Shown piece by piece: positions 29,710 through 38,499 of a stretch of DNA of 64,000 nt. Source of the stretch: a virus. The stretch's first letter is position 1; each line of letters begins with the position of its first letter. The DNA lies in IMG/VR virus record IMGVR_UViG_3300046804_005146, positions 1 through 64,000 of that record; one strand, given 5' to 3'. Position numbers and translations under genes: made by a program. The notes below the pieces were generated by a model. It saw nothing but the letters and a program-made list of their open reading frames with translations, ran no database searches and was not told where the DNA came from.

Positions 29710-30389
29710 CGTTTGTTATTATTTCCCCATGAGGTTCCAGCAAATGGGTCTTTAAATGTATTTATTACTTTTTTGTTATATAATGGCGGAACGTTGTTAG
29801 TATTCTCAGTCTTTTGACTCATAGGAGAAGTCAAATTCTTATTAACAAATGTAGGATTATCTTGTTTAGTTTCAGTTGGCTGTACTGGAGTAGCTTCTTG
29901 AATTGTTACTGTAGTATCAGTTGTAGATGTTAGATTAACTTTTTCAAAAACAGCTGAATTACCTTCATGCTCCCACACTTCAACTTTTTCGCACCAGCAA
30001 CGTCCATCAGTGCTATTTTTCACGTAGCTATCAGCTATATTGTGACAATATTCAGCAAACTTTTCTATACCTACACCGTCATCAAATACGCGTAAGTCAA
30101 TAATCTTCTTTTCATGTAATAGTTGAAAGATGGGTAGCTCAGGATCGTTACGCCATACACAAGTAGTATGATCAAATGCATCTTCTAATTGTTTTTTAAG
30201 CTCTTTAAGTGATCCAAAATCTACCACCCAATTATTGTTATCAAGTTGATTGCAACTAAACCAAAACTTTGCTTGTAATCTATATCCATGTAAAAATTTA
30301 CAATGAGAGTCTGCAAAGGGTTGTCTAAAAGCTGTGGAGCCGAGGGGAAGTACTTTAGTCGACTGGTAAATGTTTTTCGCGAGAATCAT
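29706..30389 (-). CDS. queD: 6-carboxy-5,6,7,8-tetrahydropterin synthase with low-complexity C-terminal tail
   Basis: HCKFLHGY, VVDFG, FDH, VEVWE; start at ATG 30389, 6 nt after TATAAT. Confidence 0.88.
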   Translation of the reverse strand: MILAKNIYQSTKVLPLGSTAFRQPFADSHCKFLHGYRLQAKFWFSCNQLDNNNWVVDFGSLKELKKQLEDAFDHTTCVWRNDPELPIFQLLHEKKIIDLRVFDDGVGIEKFAEYCHNIADSYVKNSTDGRCWCEKVEVWEHEGNSAVFEKVNLTSTTDTTVTIQEATPVQPTETKQDNPTFVNKNLTSPMSQKTENTNNVPPLYNKKVINTFKDPFAGTSWGNNNKR

Positions 30390-30420
30390 AGAATTATTAT
30401 AGTTTAGATTTTTCAAATTT

Positions 30421-30522
30421 CCAGAGCCGTCGCGGATATTATTTGTTTCTACAAATTCCGAGATAATTTACTACAGTAAAACTCTCTGACCTCTCAGAAG
30501 TTCTTACAGTCTCCGTGTCTCT
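30421..30522 (-). ncRNA. Candidate structured small RNA or queD leader
   Basis: Own promoter TTGATT-N17-TAAAAT with no start codon following; two hairpins and a closing stem by eye. Confidence 0.4.
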
Positions 30523-30572
30523 GTTAAGATTTTAATCTCAGTTATTATAAAAATCAACTAAAAAAGTTTTGG

Positions 30573-30600
30573 TTGATTTAACTTTTATATAGTCTATAAT
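30573..30600 (+). promoter_or_regulatory. Sigma70-like promoter of folE
   Basis: TTGATT-N16-TATAAT-N6-ATG(30607). Confidence 0.7.
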
Positions 30601-30606
30601 CTTGGT

Positions 30607-31263
30607 ATGAAATGTGAACGTGTGAAGCACCCGACTATTCCAACAGCTAATAGTAATCTTCCAAGATCAGAAGAAGAAAAGCAACAAATCATTGAAAATG
30701 CAACCATTGCTTATGAAGCGTTTTTAGATGCTCTATGCATTGATTGGCGTAATGATCCTAATAGTGAAGGTACGCCACGTAGAGTAGCTAAAGCTTATGT
30801 TCATGACATTGCTTCTGGCTGTTATGATGAGCCACCTAAGATTACTTCATTTCCAGCTGACGGTTATGATGGTATGGTATTTCAGGGAGGTATTCCTGTA
30901 AAGTCACTTTGTTCACATCATCACCTTGCTTTTACTGGAGTAGCACATGTTGCTTATATTCCAAGTCTTGAAGGTAGAGTAATTGGACTTTCAAAGCTCA
31001 ATAGAATTGTTGAGTTTTACGCACGTAGACCTCAGATTCAAGAAGGTCTAACAATGCAGATTCATAAGGCAATAGACGAGGTTTGTGAGAAGAACCAAGG
31101 TGTTGCAGTTATGGTGAGCGCAACTCACACTTGCGCTTGTAATAGAGGTGTTCGTCACGATGGGTGCGAGATGAACACCTCAAAACTTTCAAAAGACTTC
31201 TTAACTGACGCAGCTGTTAGAGCTGAATTTTATCAGTTTATTTCACATTGGGCTCGTCAGTAA
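30607..31263 (+). CDS. folE: GTP cyclohydrolase I
   Basis: TPRRVAK, SLCSHH, GLSKLNR, RPQIQE, HTCACNRGV. Confidence 0.95.
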   Translation: MKCERVKHPTIPTANSNLPRSEEEKQQIIENATIAYEAFLDALCIDWRNDPNSEGTPRRVAKAYVHDIASGCYDEPPKITSFPADGYDGMVFQGGIPVKSLCSHHHLAFTGVAHVAYIPSLEGRVIGLSKLNRIVEFYARRPQIQEGLTMQIHKAIDEVCEKNQGVAVMVSATHTCACNRGVRHDGCEMNTSKLSKDFLTDAAVRAEFYQFISHWARQ

Positions 31264-31569
31264 TGATTTTTTAATATAATGGCTGACTAATTGTTTAGAA
31301 GTGTTTAGTCTTTTAGCAATTTCTGAACAATTTAAGTCTTGATTAAAATACATATCATACATTTGTTTTATCACTTTTGGTGAAGTTTTTCTATTAACTT
31401 CTGCATATGCGTTAGCTTTTCTAAGATGATATAAAACAGTTGAAGCTGGTATGTTCAAAGCTTTAGATATTTGAGACAAAGTTTTACCTTGTTTTTGATA
31501 CATATCAAAAATTGCATTTATAGCATCCTGAGAATAAGCTTCATTTAAAAATTGTTTATATGTTTTCAT
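31243..31569 (-). CDS. Tandem two-HTH protein with capsid-targeting-like N-terminus
   Basis: MKTYKQFLNE; LSQISKALNIPASTVLYHL and CSEIAKRLNTSKQLVSHYI. Confidence 0.75.
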   Translation of the reverse strand: MKTYKQFLNEAYSQDAINAIFDMYQKQGKTLSQISKALNIPASTVLYHLRKANAYAEVNRKTSPKVIKQMYDMYFNQDLNCSEIAKRLNTSKQLVSHYIKKSLLTSPM

Positions 31570-33971
31570 GATTTTAAAAACACAGCACGAAACATTACAT
31601 TATTGAACGAACCTTTATATATGTTCGCATAAACTATATCTAAATTAACACTAGATGTTTTAGCATAATTTACAATACCATTTATGTACAGGTTAGCTAT
31701 TGGTGCACTTTCATTGTATCGGTTTAAATTAAAACCAACAGTTTCACTTTCCATACTTTGTTGGGTAGCATCGTTTGGCTTATTTTGTTTAAAATAACCT
31801 TTATCATCTAGCTTTAAATCAAATAAGTTCTTTTGTTTATTATACACATTTGTTTTAGTTATATTTGCATTTTTAGCAGCAAACAATGTATATGTCACAA
31901 ATAATAAACCACCAGGAGCTAATAATTCTTTAGCAGCTTTTACCGGGTATAAAAACGGGTTATGTAGAACGTTAAGTCTCATTGGTGTATTCCCTATTAA
32001 AGTGCCTGGTATACCTAAATAGTCGAGATCAATTATATTAAAATTATTCGGTACGTATAATCTTTTTTTATCACCTTCAGTTTTATAAAAAAAGTGTTTA
32101 TCAGGTGCATTAATTAATTCATTTATATTAGCATCAGTGACATTTGCGTGTATTTTATTGCCGGAGTCTTTTTGAGCTTTTAATCCAAATTGTTTTGCTA
32201 ATTTTAATCCTCTTGCTTCTGCTCCATATACTTCAACGTTTTTGTTAAACGTTGATGATATACCTTTCTCAAAAGAGTATTCTTCAGGTAAACTTAATAC
32301 TTTAATGGTATCAGGCATTGCATTAACGTAGCTTGAAATAGCGTCAAATTCAAACTTTCTATTTTTAAGTTTCCCTTGTATGCTACTAAATTCCACTCCA
32401 GGATCAAAAACTTCACCTTTTTCTTCAGCTTGTGTTCTCAGCTCTTTATAACGTTTTTTTAGATTTGCAATTATCTCTTCTTTTGATAGGTTATCCTTCA
32501 ATCCTTGCTTTCTTATCTTCTTACCTTCGGCTGAATTTTTGAATTTTTTAAATCTACGATTCATCGTTTCAATAGCCTTACGTCCTGCTCTAGAATATTT
32601 TGTAATACCACCATGTCTAAACATTTTTAGCCAATTGTATTCGTTTAAATTAAATGATATATTATAGTCTTTTAATTGTTGTAAGAATTTTGCAAATGGC
32701 ATCTTTTTAACTCGATTCATTAGCATAGTTATTTCGTCAATATAATTGACGTTAATAATATTGTTTAATTCTCTAGATGTAAATTTGGAAGGATCTACTG
32801 GCTGAAATTTTGGATCATTTATAGATCCTATTTTTTGCTTAGCATATAATTTAATTAAATCACTTTCCTTTTCCTGTAAATATTTTATAAATTTTTCAGT
32901 TATTTCAGAGTTATTGATAATATTGGGAGGTAATGAAACAGAATCTACACTATACACTCTGCCTGTATCTTTTGCTGGTTTTAATGTTTTTGGTGACAAC
33001 TTATTACGAGGTTCATGCGGGGGTTTAGTTGGTATTTCTCCACTCTTGTAAAGTTTGTGATTTTTTAAGACAATCACTACTGTTTTTGGAGACACATGCA
33101 ACGCATTAGCAATTTTTATTATTTTTACACCCTCCTGGCGCATCCTTATAATTTCATCGATTATTTTTTGTCGTTGTTGCTTACGTATATCTTTACCAAA
33201 TCTAGCTATTACAGTTGCTACTGTACTATAAGGTAAATCTATTATATCTGAAATCTCACCATTAGATTTACCTTGTTTAGCTAGATCTAAAATTTGATTA
33301 CGCTTATTAAGCATTTTTGAATTAACTGTTAATTTAGCGTAATCTGGTAATGATCTTAAATAATCTGTAATAGTAGAATGGCCGATACCGACCCTTTTTC
33401 CTATTTCTGTAACACTTAAACCTTGCTGTCTCAGACGCTTAATCTCTTTTTTCTTTAACAGTGTTAATTTAGATTCACGTGCGTAGTCACTCGGGTTTAA
33501 CAAACCTTTTGCAATCAACTGTTTTCTTATTCTATACACTGTACCTTCGTCAACATTTAACATTTTTGCTATTTTTGCGCCACTATACCCCTTTATAGTT
33601 AAATCACGTATTTTATTGTATCTTGAACTTATATGTTTTATACCCAGTTCATTTAAGAATCTTGATATTGCATTACTACTAAATCCTAACGCTTTACCGA
33701 TTTCAGTGTAATCGTAATTTTTATTAACATAATCCAATATTTGATCTTTAAAATCACTTACTGATCGATTTGGAGATATAGTTTTGTGTGAAATTTTAAA
33801 ATCGGGGTTATTTTGTAATACAATTCTTCTTATCGTTTTATTATCCAGTTTAAACTGATTACTTAGAGAATTTATACTAACTCCCGGCTGTTTAGAAGCT
33901 TGAGTCACCTGTTGTTCTATTTCAGGTGAAACTTTAAAAACTTCAGATAAGAAAAAATTTTTAAAATTCAT
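31566..33971 (-). CDS. Six-HTH array fused to class I SAM methyltransferase-like domain
   Basis: Six HTH repeats in first ~305 aa; C-terminal KVLSLP, VYGAE, NIIDLDYLG, LLAPGGLLFVT. Confidence 0.65.
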   Translation of the reverse strand: MNFKNFFLSEVFKVSPEIEQQVTQASKQPGVSINSLSNQFKLDNKTIRRIVLQNNPDFKISHKTISPNRSVSDFKDQILDYVNKNYDYTEIGKALGFSSNAISRFLNELGIKHISSRYNKIRDLTIKGYSGAKIAKMLNVDEGTVYRIRKQLIAKGLLNPSDYARESKLTLLKKKEIKRLRQQGLSVTEIGKRVGIGHSTITDYLRSLPDYAKLTVNSKMLNKRNQILDLAKQGKSNGEISDIIDLPYSTVATVIARFGKDIRKQQRQKIIDEIIRMRQEGVKIIKIANALHVSPKTVVIVLKNHKLYKSGEIPTKPPHEPRNKLSPKTLKPAKDTGRVYSVDSVSLPPNIINNSEITEKFIKYLQEKESDLIKLYAKQKIGSINDPKFQPVDPSKFTSRELNNIINVNYIDEITMLMNRVKKMPFAKFLQQLKDYNISFNLNEYNWLKMFRHGGITKYSRAGRKAIETMNRRFKKFKNSAEGKKIRKQGLKDNLSKEEIIANLKKRYKELRTQAEEKGEVFDPGVEFSSIQGKLKNRKFEFDAISSYVNAMPDTIKVLSLPEEYSFEKGISSTFNKNVEVYGAEARGLKLAKQFGLKAQKDSGNKIHANVTDANINELINAPDKHFFYKTEGDKKRLYVPNNFNIIDLDYLGIPGTLIGNTPMRLNVLHNPFLYPVKAAKELLAPGGLLFVTYTLFAAKNANITKTNVYNKQKNLFDLKLDDKGYFKQNKPNDATQQSMESETVGFNLNRYNESAPIANLYINGIVNYAKTSSVNLDIVYANIYKGSFNNVMFRAVFLKS

Positions 33972-34381
33972 GAACCTAAATTGTACTCCTTTGTAACATC
34001 AATTACACCGCCATTTTTAATAATAAAATCTTTACCAATTAAAACTTGCTGTTCATTGGTGCTTCTATCTGAAATAGAAAATGGTATATTTTTCCAATGT
34101 TTACCAGCAAATTCAATATCAAATACAACAACAGGTCTTTTTTCTACTTTACCAGCACCTATGTTTATGTTTATATAATCATGTATTTTCTTAGTTAAAC
34201 CTTTACCACCTATTGTTTTGAAATTTACTTTATCTCCATACTCTTCTAAATCTGTACCATGTAAGACATTAAAAGCCCCGTTACCGCTATCTACCTTAGC
34301 GTCAACGGGGCCGAGTTCTCTAAAGTTAACTACTTCAATAAGTCCTAATGCTCTTTCGAAAAATAATTTGAATGGTACCAC
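33968..34381 (-). CDS. Retropepsin-like (RimK-associated type) protease
   Basis: AKVDSGN, KRPVV, DRS..VLIGKDFI; GTG 34381 lies 5 nt after TAAATA. Confidence 0.8.
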   Translation of the reverse strand: MVPFKLFFERALGLIEVVNFRELGPVDAKVDSGNGAFNVLHGTDLEEYGDKVNFKTIGGKGLTKKIHDYININIGAGKVEKRPVVVFDIEFAGKHWKNIPFSISDRSTNEQQVLIGKDFIIKNGGVIDVTKEYNLGS

Positions 34382-34402
34382 CAAATTATTTATTAAAAAG
34401 CA

Positions 34403-34612
34403 TCAAGCCTTAGGTGCAGACTTCATTGCTTTCTTTCTCTCTTGAATCTGCTTACGAAGATCACGGGTGATCTTACCGATAGCAAGAAGAGACTTACGTG
34501 CTCTTGCTGCTGCAGAAGCGTTATCCTTTTCAACAAACTTTGCTACATTCTCATTGAATTCAACAAAGTGTGTGTTAAGCTGGGTTGTTTGTTCTGTAAT
34601 AATATTACTCAT
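34403..34612 (-). CDS. Histone H1-like Hc1-family basic protein
   Basis: KFVEKDNASAAARARKSL..I..LRKQIQE. Confidence 0.65.
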   Translation of the reverse strand: MSNIITEQTTQLNTHFVEFNENVAKFVEKDNASAAARARKSLLAIGKITRDLRKQIQERKKAMKSAPKA

Positions 34613-34652
34613 ACATTTTAATTTAGAATGAGTAACTATTAAATCAACTACC

Positions 34653-34958
34653 TCATTTACTGTTTTTTACGCAATTATTAACACGCACGCCACCCTTCAT
34701 TTTGGTACCTTCTTTATGGTAACCTTTCCAACACTTAGGATCCAATCTCTGTTTCTTTTTTTCGTTTAATTGAGTAAACTCTAGCAGATAATAATTTACG
34801 GCAAAATCAAAACTTTCTTTCTTCAAAAAGTCTTTAATCTGACCTTTTGTCATTTCTTTAGCAGCTTTTTTAGCTGCACCTTTAACACCTTTTTGACCTT
34901 TTTTAGCACCCATTACCGCACCAAAAAATTTTCTTTGTTTTTCACTTGTTGATGGCAT
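34653..34958 (-). CDS. Basic small protein (DUF3008-like N-terminus plus CWKGY module)
   Basis: MPSTSEKQRKFFG; CWKGYHKEGTKMKGGVRVNNCVK; TATAAATA 5 nt upstream. Confidence 0.65.
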   Translation of the reverse strand: MPSTSEKQRKFFGAVMGAKKGQKGVKGAAKKAAKEMTKGQIKDFLKKESFDFAVNYYLLEFTQLNEKKKQRLDPKCWKGYHKEGTKMKGGVRVNNCVKNSK

Positions 34959-34973
34959 GATATTATTTATATT

Positions 34974-35246
34974 TTACCAGTTTTTACAAGAATAGTATTT
35001 TGCTGTACCAGGTTTAGCTGTAGAGCATTTATGACGAGCTCTGAAAGACTTGCGTCGCTTAGGGTTAGATTTTTTAATACGTAAGTTAGGGTCACCGTAA
35101 TGTATTCTTTTTAATTTACCATCTACTCTAGCGCAACGCATATATTTCTTATCTTTACGTGTAGATGCTTGTTGACCAGTTACCTTAGTACAACGTGAAC
35201 CTTTCTTTTCTGTTAACACATAATCTACTAATTCATCAAATCGCAT
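34974..35246 (-). CDS. Basic Cys/His-containing small protein
   Basis: Start moved to ATG 35246 (MRFDELVDYVLTE); YGDPNLRIK..RRKSFRARHKC..YYSCKNW. Confidence 0.7.
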   Translation of the reverse strand: MRFDELVDYVLTEKKGSRCTKVTGQQASTRKDKKYMRCARVDGKLKRIHYGDPNLRIKKSNPKRRKSFRARHKCSTAKPGTAKYYSCKNW

Positions 35247-35250
35247 ACAG

Positions 35251-35264
35251 ATATTTATAAATAT
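35251..35264. promoter_or_regulatory. Palindromic bidirectional late promoter
   Basis: ATATTTATAAATAT has TATAAATA on both strands, each 5 nt from an ATG (35246, 35269). Confidence 0.75.
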
Positions 35265-35268
35265 TAAC

Positions 35269-35727
35269 ATGAGAATATCGCCTAATGATGTAAAATTAAT
35301 CACCGAGAAGTATAAAAAAGTTAACGAGAATTTAGGTCTCGGACCAACAATGTCTGGTGTAGGTACTGTAGGTGGCGGTCTAAACGTTGTAACAGCTGTA
35401 GGTAATGCAGCATCAAGAGAAAATTTTAATAAACTAGCATCAGCAGTACATGGCGGTGAAGTACCAGGTGGCGATAGAATAGCAGATGAAAGTGAAGAAA
35501 GTGCTTTACCAATGGCTAAAGGTAACATCAATAACTTAGTACATAGAGCACAAATGCTTCAAGAATTGATACAACATGAATCAGAAATAGAACCTTGGAT
35601 AGCAGCAAAAATTACTTTAGCTACTGATTACGTCGAGACAATTGTAAACTATTTAAAGTTTAGAGATGAAGGTGGGTTTGAACACGAGATAGGCGTTAAT
35701 ATTATAGATTTGGAGACCCGGGAGTAA
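35269..35727 (+). CDS. Hypothetical late protein
   Basis: 152 aa; EPWIAAKITLATDYV motif recalled from T4-like phage proteins. Confidence 0.7.
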   Translation: MRISPNDVKLITEKYKKVNENLGLGPTMSGVGTVGGGLNVVTAVGNAASRENFNKLASAVHGGEVPGGDRIADESEESALPMAKGNINNLVHRAQMLQELIQHESEIEPWIAAKITLATDYVETIVNYLKFRDEGGFEHEIGVNIIDLETRE

Positions 35728-35881
35728 GCATTCTACCTTCAGTACCATACGGTGGGTTCAAATAGGTATCCTTATTAAGAGGATTGGTATTGTTGTCTAA
35801 ATTTTTATTACCAGTACTACCTAACGTCTGTTTTTTATTTTTACGTTTGCGTAATTTAAAGTATTTACTGAACGATTGCAT
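35702..35881 (-). CDS. Small basic protein (59 aa)
   Basis: Not in ORF track. MQSFSKYFKLRKRKNKK...; TAAATA 6 nt upstream. Confidence 0.55.
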   Translation of the reverse strand: MQSFSKYFKLRKRKNKKQTLGSTGNKNLDNNTNPLNKDTYLNPPYGTEGRMLTPGSPNL

Positions 35882-36839
35882 CGACGTTATTTAATGTAAC
35901 CTTTGGGTACAAATCGTTAAATTTAAATTCACCGATGTTTAAAACGTTAATATCTATTAAACCATTATCTTTAAGTACATCGTATCTTTCTGCAAACATA
36001 TATTCATTGTTATCATTAATGAATAGTATATGAGCAATATTTTTTGATAAAATTTTACCGTAAATGTAAATTTTAGCTATTTTATTTTTTAATTGATTAG
36101 ATATAATGTCTTCTTCTTGTAAGAACAGCTTTGATATCTTGTTACCTCTTCCATAGATATCATCCAATGTATCACAAACAGTTAAATAATATTCAAATTT
36201 ATTGTAATGGGATTCATAACCATTTTTTAAATGAATACAAACATTTTTTAAATCACCGTATTGTCTTTCATATGTTTCAATGCTGTTGACATCAAATAAT
36301 TTATGTATGAATTCAGATATCGACATTTGATTACTTTTAGACGGTCTATCTCCAAAGCGTGCATGTCTACATTTTACCTCTATGTTAACATCGTTAAATA
36401 GCAAATCACTATCAGTGTCGCTATTCTTGAGATCACTAAAAAATAAACTGAATAAAATTTCACCTGGACCTATAGCATTGCCTTTTTGGTCTATGGCAGT
36501 TGTGTTCAGTAATTTAGTTGCAAATGCTTCACTCAAACCATTTTCAACACATTTTTGTATGATATTACCGCGTCTGTTATCATACAACATAACTTCTTTA
36601 TTTTCTATAAAATTTACAAAATTTGATAAGTGTTGAGGGTCTAATGACAAAAACATGTTTACTAACATGTCATATCCGTTATGCTTAAATGTTAATGGAG
36701 TATAATTTTTACTATTTAAAAAGTTGCGTATCTTTTCTTCGTAAACAAAGTTAAAGGCATACTTTTTTAATTTTTCAAACTGCAAACCACTTAACTCTAA
36801 TAATTCGGTATTTGTTTCACCAACAAACTGAATCTGCAT
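35865..36839 (-). CDS. PD-(D/E)xK nuclease-like protein
   Basis: IGPGEILF...SDLLFNDVNIEVK; TATAAATA 6 nt upstream. Confidence 0.55.
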   Translation of the reverse strand: MQIQFVGETNTELLELSGLQFEKLKKYAFNFVYEEKIRNFLNSKNYTPLTFKHNGYDMLVNMFLSLDPQHLSNFVNFIENKEVMLYDNRRGNIIQKCVENGLSEAFATKLLNTTAIDQKGNAIGPGEILFSLFFSDLKNSDTDSDLLFNDVNIEVKCRHARFGDRPSKSNQMSISEFIHKLFDVNSIETYERQYGDLKNVCIHLKNGYESHYNKFEYYLTVCDTLDDIYGRGNKISKLFLQEEDIISNQLKNKIAKIYIYGKILSKNIAHILFINDNNEYMFAERYDVLKDNGLIDINVLNIGEFKFNDLYPKVTLNNVDAIVQ

Positions 36840-36855
36840 TTTACATATTTATACT

Positions 36856-37191
36856 TCACGTCTCAATATCTATGTCTGCAGAATAATTTTTCATTATGGT
36901 TATCAATCTATCTAAAATTTCACTAGCATTGTTTTCATTTACATCACCCATGCCTTTAATTTCACTAATGTCTTCTGGATCAATATCCATTACAAGAGCT
37001 TTAATTAAAAGTCTGACTAAAAGTACATTACTTTCTGGTAATGGTTCTTCAGCTCCTGCTTGCTCAGTGTCAGCTGGCATTTGAGCTGGTTCAGTAGGGT
37101 TTTGACCCGGTCCAGGTGCCGGTGGTTGTATGGCATCATCCTGCTCAAACAGAATCTGATTATAGTAATTAATTTTTTCTGTAAATTTCAT
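36856..37191 (-). CDS. Acidic Pro-rich hypothetical protein
   Basis: 111 aa, MKF..ILFE start. Confidence 0.65.
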   Translation of the reverse strand: MKFTEKINYYNQILFEQDDAIQPPAPGPGQNPTEPAQMPADTEQAGAEEPLPESNVLLVRLLIKALVMDIDPEDISEIKGMGDVNENNASEILDRLITIMKNYSADIDIET

Positions 37192-37502
37192 TTAATGTTG
37201 GCTAGTTTGCTTAATGCTGCAGTAGCATTTTGACCTAATTTAGCTGCTAACATATTGATTTTCTTTTTAGCATCTTGCTCTTCTCTGGTAGGAGCATTTT
37301 CTGCGTCTCTTGCTAATCTTTGAGCTATTTTAGCATTTTTGATGTTAGATTCATCTTGATCAGTTAAAGCGCCTTTTTTATCTAAAGGTGATGCTATAGT
37401 TTCAGCATCTTCTTCTGAAGCTTTACCTCTAGCTGTGTATACTAATGATTTTTCGTCAATGAGTCTTAGGAATTCATTAGTCTTCTCAGTAAATTTGTCC
37501 AT
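37188..37502 (-). CDS. Hypothetical protein
   Basis: 104 aa; TAAATA 5 nt upstream. Confidence 0.65.
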   Translation of the reverse strand: MDKFTEKTNEFLRLIDEKSLVYTARGKASEEDAETIASPLDKKGALTDQDESNIKNAKIAQRLARDAENAPTREEQDAKKKINMLAAKLGQNATAALSKLANIK

Positions 37503-37510
37503 AATATTAT

Positions 37511-38071
37511 TTATTTAATGAGAATCTGTTTAGTCTTTATTCTATTAAAATAATCTATATTGAGAAACGTTAATTCGTACTTCTTAGTTAATCTCTTTAT
37601 TTTCTCAAAACTATAGTCATTAACGTTAAATGTGTTACTCTTTTCTATTAATTTTGTTAGCAAAGTTAATGCTCTACCATCGTTTTTCTCTTTTAAATGC
37701 ACTACAGTCTGAACGTTCAATTTAGTTTTAAAAATTTTGATAGGTAAATTGCGTTCTATCTTTTGAATAACATGTGATAGAAATTCTAATAGCTTATCTT
37801 CTTTGTAATACTCTTTAATAACGCAGTCATCTAACTGAGTGTAGTTAAAAAGAATTATAGGCTTACCACTTGATGACTTTAACAAATCTTCGCATATAAC
37901 ATGTATAATGTGATGGTAAAAAATCTTTTGAACGTCCTTATTATTTAAAGATTTGTCCAATAACTTATACTTGTACAAATCATCAAGGATATTAATCTGT
38001 ATTTCTTTTATAAAAACTTTATTAAAGTCGATTAATGTTATATTGTATTCAGGTATTATGTAATCGACCAT
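37511..38071 (-). CDS. Hypothetical protein
   Basis: 186 aa ORF. Confidence 0.6.
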   Translation of the reverse strand: MVDYIIPEYNITLIDFNKVFIKEIQINILDDLYKYKLLDKSLNNKDVQKIFYHHIIHVICEDLLKSSSGKPIILFNYTQLDDCVIKEYYKEDKLLEFLSHVIQKIERNLPIKIFKTKLNVQTVVHLKEKNDGRALTLLTKLIEKSNTFNVNDYSFEKIKRLTKKYELTFLNIDYFNRIKTKQILIK

Positions 38072-38073
38072 AT

Positions 38074-38499
38074 CTAATGATATAGTTTTTCTAGTAATAA
38101 TCTAGGAGCCCTACCTATTCTACAATTTATAATTCCATTATAAAATCCATCTTTTATTAATACATCATTATCGAATTGCATTTTAGCTTCAAAATACGCT
38201 AGTTCAAATTTACTATCACATACTCTAACAATTTCGAAAGTAAAGTTATCTTTTCCAAGCTTTTGAATATCTTCATTTAATTCTGTGGACGAAGATGTGT
38301 ATTCTTTCCAATCAGTTTCAATATCAAAATGTCTTTTATTTTTACGTCCCTTTAACGGCTTTAACTTTTTAACCGTTTTCATTTGTTTTTTACCGATATA
38401 TTTTCTACCGTTAGTTTTATTAGTTATAATGTATATAAAACCATACGGCAGATTTGTTTCATCAATCTGTAAAGTTGTTTGCCAGTGACCTAAATCCAT
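38074..38499 (-). CDS. GIY-YIG endonuclease-family protein (Seg-like)
   Basis: GFIYIITNKTNGRKYIGKK, E..Q, YN; start moved to ATG 38499. Confidence 0.85.
   Translation of the reverse strand: MDLGHWQTTLQIDETNLPYGFIYIITNKTNGRKYIGKKQMKTVKKLKPLKGRKNKRHFDIETDWKEYTSSSTELNEDIQKLGKDNFTFEIVRVCDSKFELAYFEAKMQFDNDVLIKDGFYNGIINCRIGRAPRLLLEKLYH

Noticed and set aside
35247-35531. 5' extension of ORF 34974..35531
   Set aside because: Antisense to 35269..35727; the true start is ATG 35246 next to the palindromic promoter
38074-38499. GIY-YIG gene as an intron-encoded homing endonuclease
   Set aside because: Free-standing, catalytic domain only, no interrupted host gene or intron structure seen
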